Of a stretch of DNA of 24,000 bases, positions 17,386 to 24,000 are shown piece after piece. A program made the position numbers and the translations under genes. Positions within the stretch are counted from its first letter, which is position 1. Every line of letters starts with the position of its first letter. A model generated the notes under the pieces. It had not been told where the DNA came from. It worked only from the letters and a program-made list of their open reading frames with translations, and did not search any database. The stretch lies in the NCBI RefSeq assembly GCF_934746965.1, contig NZ_CAKVFS010000002.1, positions 213,590-237,589 of the forward strand, read 5' to 3'. Origin of the DNA: an uncultured Methanobrevibacter sp. (lineage in GTDB: Archaea; Methanobacteriota; Methanobacteria; Methanobacteriales; Methanobacteriaceae).

Positions 17386-18459
17386 TTATTTCATAGCTCT
17401 AAGACGAACTTCAGGTTCTAATGCAAGAGGTTCAGCAGCTACAATAGCAGTACCTTTTGCTACAACAGTCATAGGATCATCAGAAATTTCAATAGGAATA
17501 GAAATTTCATCAGCAATTCTTTCTTTTAATCCACGAAGTCTTGAGCTTCCACCAACTGCTACAGAATTGTTATAAACACCCATCATTAATTCTGGAGATA
17601 ATCTTTCTAAAATTATGTTTAATCCATCAACAATTTCTTGTATAAATGGTTCTACAGCATCAGCTACCAACATAGAGTCAATAACAACTTTTTTAGGACG
17701 ATTAGTTTCTAATGATTTACCAATAACTTCAACACTTAAATTTTCAAGTTGTTCACTGCAATGAATCATACCAACTTCAATTTTTGCAGCTTCAGCATCA
17801 TGAATACCAATAGCTACATCATATTTTTCTGCAACTAACTCTACAATCCTATTATCAATGTCATCCCCACCACATCTAACAGTTTCAATGTCATTAATAC
17901 CACCAAGAGAAATAATAACAATATCAGTTGATCCAGCACCAATATCTACAACCATAGTTCCATTTGGTTCTGCAATAGGTAAACCAGCACCAATAGCTGC
18001 TGCTAATCCTTCACTGATTACAAGAATATTTTCAGCTCCAGCTTTTCTACCAATTTCTTCTGCTGCATTTTTCTCTACTTCTGAAGAGTCTCCAGGAATA
18101 CCAATAACAATTCTTCCAACACTTTCCCCTTCTTCAATACCTATTTGCATAGCTTTAATAAGTAAAGCTTGTGCTTGAACCACGTTTTCAATAACTCCTT
18201 TTTTCAAAGGTCTTACAGCAAGAATATCCTCAGGAGTCCTACCAAGCATTTTTTTAGCTTCCTCTCCAACTGCAATAACTTCAGAAGGATCATCTTTTTT
18301 AACAGCAACAACAGATGGAATTTGATACAAATCAAATTTATCTCCAGATGGTTTTGCAATTACAGTGTTTAAAGTTCCTAAATCTATTCCCAAACTATTA
18401 CTAATGATTCTGGTATCATTAATTTGTGGTTCTTCTTCTTCATTTCCAAAAATATTCAT
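17386..18459 (-). CDS. mreB: MreB-type actin-like protein
   Basis: 357 aa with MreB motifs throughout: GIDLGTLNT, RPLKKGVIENV, ISEGLAAAIGAGLPIAEPNGTMVVDIGAGSTDI, GGDDID and VGGSSRLRGL. It has an acidic N-terminal extension of about 24 aa. Confidence 0.8.
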   Translation of the reverse strand: MNIFGNEEEEPQINDTRIISNSLGIDLGTLNTVIAKPSGDKFDLYQIPSVVAVKKDDPSEVIAVGEEAKKMLGRTPEDILAVRPLKKGVIENVVQAQALLIKAMQIGIEEGESVGRIVIGIPGDSSEVEKNAAEEIGRKAGAENILVISEGLAAAIGAGLPIAEPNGTMVVDIGAGSTDIVIISLGGINDIETVRCGGDDIDNRIVELVAEKYDVAIGIHDAEAAKIEVGMIHCSEQLENLSVEVIGKSLETNRPKKVVIDSMLVADAVEPFIQEIVDGLNIILERLSPELMMGVYNNSVAVGGSSRLRGLKERIADEISIPIEISDDPMTVVAKGTAIVAAEPLALEPEVRLRAMK

Positions 18460-18461
18460 GA

Positions 18462-19097
18462 CTAATCCTCCGTTACAATATCTTTAAAATCAATAACAAA
18501 TATCCTATTAGATGTAGCTATACTCTGGACTTTTTCAATATCATCATCTTTTTCAACTGAAATCAAAACTGTTGATAATACAACATCACTTACATTATAT
18601 AATGGCTTTAAAGCAGATTTAATAAAAGTTGGTAGTTTAACATTTGAATTTATATCAACATCAATAAAACCTGTAGTTTGAGATTCTTGTAAAATCGCGA
18701 AAGAAACTTTAGATTTTTCAAGAACATAAACAAGATTTTTAATCATATCATCTGGAGCAACTAAAACCATCAAATTAGGCTCTTCAGTTAAATAATGGCG
18801 AGTTATTTGTATAAAGGCCCCACCTTCTTGATTACAAAGTCTCTTAAATTGATCAATTTTTTTTGAATTACCATGTAACATGATAAAATCAAATTTTTTA
18901 TTCAATCTTTTATCTGTTAATATAACATGTTCTCTAAATAGAATCTTTACAGAATGCTTAGAAGCTATTGCTTTATATGCTATGTCATCTATTAACTTAA
19001 CATTTCCTGCAGCTATACACCATGTTTTTTCATCTTGGTTTTCATTACTTGGTGTTAACCTTGCAGCCTGCCTAAGTGCTTGTATATCCTCTATCAT
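18462..19097 (-). CDS. Uncharacterised 211-aa cytoplasmic protein translationally coupled to mreB
   Basis: ATG start, with no TM helix or signal peptide. Hydrophobic-strand and amphipathic-helix segments alternate, suggesting an alpha/beta fold. Its last codons contain GGAGGA, and its TAG stop is 2 nt from the mreB ATG. I recognise no family motif. Confidence 0.6.
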   Translation of the reverse strand: MIEDIQALRQAARLTPSNENQDEKTWCIAAGNVKLIDDIAYKAIASKHSVKILFREHVILTDKRLNKKFDFIMLHGNSKKIDQFKRLCNQEGGAFIQITRHYLTEEPNLMVLVAPDDMIKNLVYVLEKSKVSFAILQESQTTGFIDVDINSNVKLPTFIKSALKPLYNVSDVVLSTVLISVEKDDDIEKVQSIATSNRIFVIDFKDIVTED

Positions 19098-19442
19098 TTA
19101 ACTACTCGCATTATATCAATATTTACTTTACTAAAATAAATTACAACGAAAAAAATAGTTGAATTTATTAAAGTTTAACAATTAATAATTATCCATTATT
19201 ATTATATATATTTTATCTTTAAAGATATAACTTTAACCATAATGATTAACATAAATCATAACAATAATTAAAATTAAAAATTAAATTTAACAAACAAATA
19301 ACTTTTTAAAACTCAATTAAATTAGCCCATTATTCTAAAAATACCATTATTAAACTATTAAATAATGATACTGGTAAAAATAATGTCTAAAACAAGAAAA
19401 AATTAATAATAAATGAGTTCTAAAGTATTATCGGAGTTTTAC

Positions 19443-20138
19443 ATGACATTAGAAAGTACAAAAATTCAAAGTTTTTTTGCAATATCTGACGGAATATCAT
19501 TGATGAATATGATAAGTGGATTTATTTCAATTATTTTTGCAATAAACCATAATTTCGAACTAGCAGCAGTTGCTATGATAATAGCTATCATGTTTGACTC
19601 TGTAGATGGATGGGTAGCTAGGAAAATTAATAGAAATGATGAATTAAAATTTGGAAAAAATATTGATTCTCTTTGTGATGCAATATCCTTTGGAGGAGCA
19701 CCAGCAGTATTTTTTTACTCCATTAGTGAAACAATACCTCATAATACCTCAATACTCCCCTTAATTGTTAGTTTATTAATTGTAGCTTGTGGCATACTAA
19801 GATTAACTAGATACAATGTAATAGCAGACCATATTCAAACACGAGATTTCATAGGATTTCCCATTCCTGGAATAGCTATTATATTAGCTACATTCTATTT
19901 AAGTGGATTATTTAATATTTATATTGCACTAATATTAATGACTATTGTGTCTTTATTGATGATTAGTAATATTACATACCCTAAGTTTGATAATTTAATT
20001 ATTATAGGAATTTCTGTTATATTAATTGTATTAATTATACTTCCAATAAACTTAACAATTTTCACAATCAATATACCTGCATTATTATTATTAATATTTT
20101 CCTTATATTACCTATTAATTAATTTAATTAAAAAATAA
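19443..20138 (+). CDS. pssA: CDP-alcohol phosphatidyltransferase, archaetidylserine synthase-like
   Basis: Signature DSVDGWVARKINRNDELKFGKNIDSLCDAISFG (D-G-x2-A-R-x8-G-x3-D-x3-D) with multiple TM helices. ATG19443, with GGAG 6 nt upstream, is preferred over ATG19413, which has no Shine-Dalgarno. Confidence 0.8.
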   Translation: MTLESTKIQSFFAISDGISLMNMISGFISIIFAINHNFELAAVAMIIAIMFDSVDGWVARKINRNDELKFGKNIDSLCDAISFGGAPAVFFYSISETIPHNTSILPLIVSLLIVACGILRLTRYNVIADHIQTRDFIGFPIPGIAIILATFYLSGLFNIYIALILMTIVSLLMISNITYPKFDNLIIIGISVILIVLIILPINLTIFTINIPALLLLIFSLYYLLINLIKK

Positions 20139-20186
20139 TTAAATTACCCATCTACTTTTTTAAATTAAAAGTAGGGGTGCAAATTA

Positions 20187-21347
20187 ATGATTGACCAGAA
20201 ACCAAGAGATCCACTATATCCTAAAGGATATAAAGATATGGAAAATCTCAAAATTCCACGACCAAAACCTAAAGAAAAAGAAGATAATGATTTAAATAAA
20301 TTAAAATCACTTAATCAAAAATTAGGAAAATATATTGGGCCAAAGCAGAATATAATTGAAAATGAAGATAAGAAAAAATTAGGGATGATTATTACAACAT
20401 TAATTATCTTATCAATAATAACATCAACATATTATTTCTTAATTTATGAACCTTCCCAAGAAGAATTAAATTTAGCAAAAACAGCAAAACTCAATGAATT
20501 ACATACACTTTATACTGGAGCACTAACCAGTTCCAGTGAAGCTATACTTCTAGAAAATGAAATTAGTAATGCAAAAAGCAAATCGCAAGTAGAGTCTATA
20601 AATATTTTATCTCCAGCTACGAAAGATTGGAAATCATTTCACAAAAAATCAATAAATGCAAATTTAGATTCATACAATAGAACTATGGCAACTTACAGCG
20701 ATAATAACACTAAAAATGCAATAATACCTGCTAGTGAAGCTTTAACTATTGTTGATGAAAACAATGCTGAAATTCTTTCTAAAATCAAATTCGAAAAACC
20801 GAATACTGTATCAGTTCCTATTTTAGTTTCAAGACTTCAAGCAGGAGCAGGATTAGTAAATGTTGGTAGTATTGTTGATATTTACACTAGTTCAAATGGT
20901 ACTGCTAATGAAAGTGCAAATAATCAGACAAGTCCAGATATCAAAGGATGTACAGTAATTTCTATAATGAGATGTGAAGAGAATGGAGAAATTGACAGCG
21001 AATATTCCAAAGCAAACACAATTGTCCAAGGAAATGATACAAATCCTCATGAAAATACTCAAACATTCAAATCAAATGTTTTAGAACTTTTAAAAGGAGC
21101 TATAATAAATGGTTATGATGAAAAACAGACTTCACAGTTACTGCAACATTATGGTATAAAATTATCCAGTTACGAACGACAAATTAATCTTGGAGATTTA
21201 GATGCCCAATACATGTTACTTGTTGAAACCCCACAGGACAAAGTTAATTTCCTATTGGATAATATGGACCAAATTATACTAACTATCCCAACAACAAATG
21301 CACCAGATTGGATGGTTAATGAAATAACTTCAACATATAAAAAATAA
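20187..21347 (+). CDS. Single-pass membrane protein with a coiled-coil and a CpaB/SAF-like extracytoplasmic domain (function unknown)
   Basis: 386 aa. A Lys/Pro-rich N-terminal tail precedes one TM (aa 66-87, nt 20382-20447) and a helical segment. The ectodomain is Asn/Thr-rich with five N-x-S/T sequons. The strand pattern VSVPILVSRLQAGAGLVNVGSIVDIY...CTVISIMR...YMLLVETPQDKVNFLLDNMDQIILTIP resembles RcpC/CpaB beta-clip domains. GGGGTG Shine-Dalgarno lies 7 nt upstream. Confidence 0.65.
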   Translation: MIDQKPRDPLYPKGYKDMENLKIPRPKPKEKEDNDLNKLKSLNQKLGKYIGPKQNIIENEDKKKLGMIITTLIILSIITSTYYFLIYEPSQEELNLAKTAKLNELHTLYTGALTSSSEAILLENEISNAKSKSQVESINILSPATKDWKSFHKKSINANLDSYNRTMATYSDNNTKNAIIPASEALTIVDENNAEILSKIKFEKPNTVSVPILVSRLQAGAGLVNVGSIVDIYTSSNGTANESANNQTSPDIKGCTVISIMRCEENGEIDSEYSKANTIVQGNDTNPHENTQTFKSNVLELLKGAIINGYDEKQTSQLLQHYGIKLSSYERQINLGDLDAQYMLLVETPQDKVNFLLDNMDQIILTIPTTNAPDWMVNEITSTYKK

Positions 21348-21357
21348 TAAAAACTAT

Positions 21358-21365
21358 TTTAAATT
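21358..21365 (+). promoter_or_regulatory. Possible TATA box giving a leaderless sortase transcript
   Basis: TTTAAATT is centred about 25 nt upstream of ATG21386, and that ATG has no Shine-Dalgarno. This would suit a leaderless mRNA. The call is weak in AT-rich DNA. Confidence 0.2.
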
Positions 21366-21385
21366 AAAAAACAAAACTTGATAAT

Positions 21386-22108
21386 ATGAATAAACCAAAA
21401 ATTACAACCTTAATCATAATAATATGTATAATTATATTAGGGTTATATGCAGCAGGAGAAATCAATTACTTCTCATCAAAAATAGCTATTGAGAAAAATA
21501 TTGAATCTCCTGTTGTAAATATACCAACTATTGGAGTTGAAGAAAAAATAAACAATGTTTCTCTTTCACAAGGAGTTCTGCATGATACCAATTCATTTAC
21601 TCCAACACATGGAGATGTTATGTTATCAGGACATAGAACTCTTCAAGGATCTCCTTTTTTAAGACTTAATGAACTAAATAACGGAGATACAATTAGTTTA
21701 GAATGGCCCGGAATTGGGGAAGTGAATTATACCATTATAAACAAAACAATAGTTGAACCAACTACTCACATCAATATTGACCTCAATGGAAATCATATAT
21801 ACTTAATTACTTGTGACCCTATCGGTTCTACAGCACACAGGTTAATAATTGAAGGAGAAGAAAGTGGAGTTGGTCCTTTAAATGATAAAATAATTCAAAA
21901 TAATCCACATGAATCTTATGGATTAATAATAGCTACTGGATTCTTAATTTTAGGATTAATATTTAGTTATTTTTATTCTAAAGATGATAAAATATATGTA
22001 TTAAGTGTTGTACTAATTATATCCATAATATTATTCTATTTCTATTTATTCCCAATAGATTCAAATATAATTTATGAGAAAATATTATGGTTAAATGGAG
22101 GAATGTAA
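21386..22108 (+). CDS. Sortase-fold cysteine transpeptidase homologue with three TM helices
   Basis: 240 aa. An N-terminal TM (aa 7-24) precedes the catalytic triad, which appears in sortase order and spacing: LSGH83RT (nt 21632-21634), YLITC143DP (nt 21812-21814) and AHR152LII. Two further TM helices follow (aa 178-197 and 203-223). It aligns with S. aureus SrtA from AGHTF through LITCD. Confidence 0.7.
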   Translation: MNKPKITTLIIIICIIILGLYAAGEINYFSSKIAIEKNIESPVVNIPTIGVEEKINNVSLSQGVLHDTNSFTPTHGDVMLSGHRTLQGSPFLRLNELNNGDTISLEWPGIGEVNYTIINKTIVEPTTHINIDLNGNHIYLITCDPIGSTAHRLIIEGEESGVGPLNDKIIQNNPHESYGLIIATGFLILGLIFSYFYSKDDKIYVLSVVLIISIILFYFYLFPIDSNIIYEKILWLNGGM

Positions 22109-22111
22109 TAA

Positions 22112-22480
22112 ATGAATATAGATGAAAAATACTTTTCAAATATAACTTCAAGAGAAAGAGCAATATTTGAAGGTGCAATCAGTATGGGAGCATTATTCCA
22201 CCAATTTGTTGGAACTCCTGTAAATAAAAATTCTAAAAAAAGTTTGGAAACAAGCATGGAAGAATCTTTAAAATTACAACCAGCTATTGAAGATGTTAAT
22301 GTTAAAATCAGATTTGACAAATTAGAAGAATCTATGAGTGAGTTTGATTACACTTCTTTAACTGGAGATATGCTTGATGTTAAAATTCATACCAAAGTAG
22401 ATAATGTAACTGCAATAATTAGGATAGAATTTATTGAAGAATTAAATTATCCTTTAATGTATGTAAAAGACATCAATTAA
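22112..22480 (+). CDS. mptD: Archaeal dihydroneopterin aldolase (methanopterin pathway), MptD-like
   Basis: 122 aa. The N-terminal motif SRERAIFEGAISMGALFHQFVGTPV matches my recollection of the MptD family. The start lies 3 nt after the sortase stop codon, with GGAGGA inside the 3' end of the sortase gene. Confidence 0.6.
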   Translation: MNIDEKYFSNITSRERAIFEGAISMGALFHQFVGTPVNKNSKKSLETSMEESLKLQPAIEDVNVKIRFDKLEESMSEFDYTSLTGDMLDVKIHTKVDNVTAIIRIEFIEELNYPLMYVKDIN

Positions 22481-22488
22481 ATTTAAAA

Positions 22489-22505
22489 GGGTGTATAACA
22501 CACCC
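22489..22505. terminator. GC-rich hairpin between the convergent genes mptD and bsh
   Basis: GGGTGT-ATAAC-ACACCC forms a 6-bp perfect stem with a 5-nt loop. It is an isolated GC-rich element in the 34-nt convergent spacer. Archaeal terminators are usually oligo-T, so its function is uncertain. Confidence 0.35.
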
Positions 22506-22514
22506 CTAAACTAT

Positions 22515-23462
22515 TTAATTAACTAACTCAAAATTAACCAGTTCATTACCCTCTAAATTCACACTGTTCATGTCAACAGATGTTTGAGGTCCATCATAGG
22601 TTTTATAATATAAAATCCCTTTATCTGTATTATAACAGTCAGAATAAATAGTATATTCAAATTTACCATTTTCTACCAAAGTACAACCTTTTTGTTGTTC
22701 TACAGATGCTAAAATATGGAAAAATTGAGATACACTTTCTTTTTCAGAATCTCCAGAAATAGAATTTTCTTTAACAAAAGCTACTTTTACAAAACGAGAC
22801 TGTGAAGAAACATCTCCTGGAAGACCAATTGAACCCATACCCCTACTATAAACAGTTAAATTCAAATTACCTCCAAATGTATTCTCAGGTGTTTTATTTG
22901 ATAATGCTCTATAATTATTTAAATTAAAAAGTTGTTTATCAAATGGAGGATTATTAGTTAAAATACCTACAGGATTATCATAAATTTTCAATCCTTCAGA
23001 TAATGATTCTACAACAATTGAAGCATTTTTATCAGAAATAATCCAATGTAATGGAGAGGGTGGTAATTGAGTGGAAAATTTTTCATTAGAAATATTTAAG
23101 TTAGCCAATAATGATTTAGCATCATCAATTGTCTTTGCTTGTGACAATATATATGGAATAATTTCAAAAGAAGCTATGTTAATCTTAGATTCATCTAACT
23201 GTTTATAATCACAGTAATCTGGAAAGTTAAGTCCACCCATAGCTAATCCTTTTTCATTACATGCATCATAATATAATGGATATTCATTAACACCAGCAGC
23301 TATCCCAATCATTCCGTAATGAGTTTCCATATCTTCAATTTCTCGAAATTTCAAAGGATAATTTCTTGGAGTTATAGTAACTCTTTCATTATATGAAATT
23401 TCATAATCAAAATTACGGCCAAAATAATGGCACTTTGTTAAATAATTTGCAGCAGTACACAT
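22515..23462 (-). CDS. bsh: Choloylglycine hydrolase family enzyme (bile-salt hydrolase, Ntn-hydrolase)
   Basis: From ATG23462 the protein begins MCTAANYL...GRNFDYE, giving Cys2 as the N-terminal nucleophile after Met removal. GGAG lies 9 nt upstream. The track start at TTG23471 would bury the nucleophile. Confidence 0.85.
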   Translation of the reverse strand: MCTAANYLTKCHYFGRNFDYEISYNERVTITPRNYPLKFREIEDMETHYGMIGIAAGVNEYPLYYDACNEKGLAMGGLNFPDYCDYKQLDESKINIASFEIIPYILSQAKTIDDAKSLLANLNISNEKFSTQLPPSPLHWIISDKNASIVVESLSEGLKIYDNPVGILTNNPPFDKQLFNLNNYRALSNKTPENTFGGNLNLTVYSRGMGSIGLPGDVSSQSRFVKVAFVKENSISGDSEKESVSQFFHILASVEQQKGCTLVENGKFEYTIYSDCYNTDKGILYYKTYDGPQTSVDMNSVNLEGNELVNFELVN

Positions 23463-23537
23463 AATTATCAACTCCGTTGTTAGAGTAATTATGTATAAGA
23501 TATATTTATACTTAATTAAAAGTCAAAAAAAATAAAA

Positions 23538-24000
23538 TTAATAAATATCAGTTAAATCAAATAATAACTCTTTTAAATGATCTTTAGTAATATGGTTCAT
23601 TAAAACAACCCTAATAGCTACAGGACATTTAGCTACTGAAACTCTCCACCCTAATTTTTCTAATTTATCAGCTAATTCATGAGTTTCCATATTAGGATGA
23701 TTAAAAGCTACAATATTTAATTCTGGTTCTACAACAACATCATATCCAATTTTTTCTAAACCTTCTTTAAAATAATGAGTATTATCCATTAAATTTTTAG
23801 CTAAATTCTCATATCCTTCATTTCCCAAATATTTCATAATAGCATAAGTAGCTGCAGAGGCTGCTCCAGAACGAGTTCCTACAATTGTAGATTGTGTTTT
23901 AACAGTTAAATATGGAGAATCAACAGCCATTACTTCCAAATATTCTTTCTTTCTAAATAAAATTCCACCTGCAGGAATAGGTGCTAAACCCATTTTATGA
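23538..24000 (-). CDS. mfnA: L-tyrosine/L-aspartate decarboxylase (PLP-dependent), 3' portion; the gene continues past the window end
   Basis: The frame is open to the window edge and reads ...[17 protein letters not shown]. This contains the PLP-lysine motif (HK) and the conserved MfnA segment. The C-terminal domain is complete. Confidence 0.8.
   Translation of the reverse strand, partial: HKMGLAPIPAGGILFRKKEYLEVMAVDSPYLTVKTQSTIVGTRSGAASAATYAIMKYLGNEGYENLAKNLMDNTHYFKEGLEKIGYDVVVEPELNIVAFNHPNMETHELADKLEKLGWRVSVAKCPVAIRVVLMNHITKDHLKELLFDLTDIY

Noticed and set aside
17858-18372. Plus-strand ORFs at 17858-18178 and 18169-18372, inside mreB
   Set aside because: They are antisense to mreB, with low-complexity Pro/Ser/Ile or Asn/Phe-rich translations. 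Shadow ORFs.
15297-18459. Functional link between ExbBD and MreB, by analogy with MotAB-like motors moving along MreB in gliding bacteria
   Set aside because: The genes are separated by rnhB and a 146-bp spacer, so they likely belong to different transcription units. The rest of the required adhesion or gliding machinery is not visible. This is too speculative to report as a finding.
18880-19101. 73-aa plus-strand ORF overlapping the 5' end of orf211
   Set aside because: It is antisense to the longer ATG-initiated frame that is coupled to mreB, and it has no independent support.
19383-19409. Mini-ORF ATG TCT AAA ACA AGA AAA AAT TAA (MSKTRKN) upstream of pssA
   Set aside because: It is too short, has no Shine-Dalgarno, and is easily produced by chance in AT-rich spacer DNA.
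21285-21347. C-terminus of orf386 read as a canonical sortase cell-wall sorting signal
   Set aside because: IPTTN is followed by a polar 15-aa tail ending in KK. There is no hydrophobic membrane-spanning segment, so it does not meet the classical motif + TM + basic tail definition. It is kept only as a speculative note in the sortase finding.
22072-22320. 82-aa minus-strand ORF spanning the sortase-mptD junction
   Set aside because: It is antisense to two tightly coupled plus-strand genes. Shadow ORF.
22515-23471. Compositional (GC) island signature for the bsh gene
   Set aside because: Spot counts of a few 60-nt lines gave values similar to neighbouring coding DNA. I cannot compute this properly by eye, so no compositional claim is made.
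1-24000. Search for CRISPR arrays, tRNA/rRNA genes, IS elements, integrases, long direct or inverted repeats, and defence-island genes
   Set aside because: I saw none. All spacers are short, AT-rich and unstructured, apart from the 22489-22505 hairpin and the csoR dyads. No transposase, integrase or nuclease-helicase-type ORFs appear in any frame.

Overview
This is an AT-rich, tightly packed chromosomal window with about 29 protein-coding genes. I found no rRNA, tRNA, CRISPR, IS or long-repeat signal by eye. The gene content points to a Methanobacteriales methanogen, probably Methanobrevibacter- or Methanosphaera-like. Evidence for that: methanogen-restricted genes (atwA, methanogenesis marker 9, cofD, cofE, arfA, purO, mptD, mfnA), an archaeal-type GAPDH, ribosome-binding sites matching GGAGGTGAT, and a gut-type bile-salt hydrolase.

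Layout:
(1) 74-2662: a metal-resistance module, csoR - P1B ATPase - copZ, with three copies of an ATAC-N8-GTAT operator-like dyad.
(2) 2789-6988: gap, an endonuclease IV-like TIM barrel, a membrane metallophosphoesterase and a single-domain AAA ATPase.
(3) 6999-16561: a 9.5 kb run of 12 genes, all on the minus strand. Order: exbB-exbD-purO-cofE-cofD-arfA-Dus-like TIM barrel, then atwA-orf106, then mmp9-sirC-hemA.
(4) 16720-19097: orf211-mreB-rnhB on the minus strand.
(5) 19443-22480: pssA, a single-pass CpaB/SAF-like membrane protein, a three-TM sortase-fold enzyme, and mptD.
(6) 22515-24000: bile-salt hydrolase and the 3' part of mfnA.

Best candidates for undescribed biology:
- the membrane-protein/sortase pair;
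- the ExbB-ExbD stator pair, where ExbB carries an extra C-terminal domain, in an organism with no outer membrane;
- the uncharacterised 211-aa gene translationally coupled to mreB;
- the Mmp9/orf106/AtwA neighbourhood.

All functional calls rest on motifs read directly from the translations. No database search was possible.
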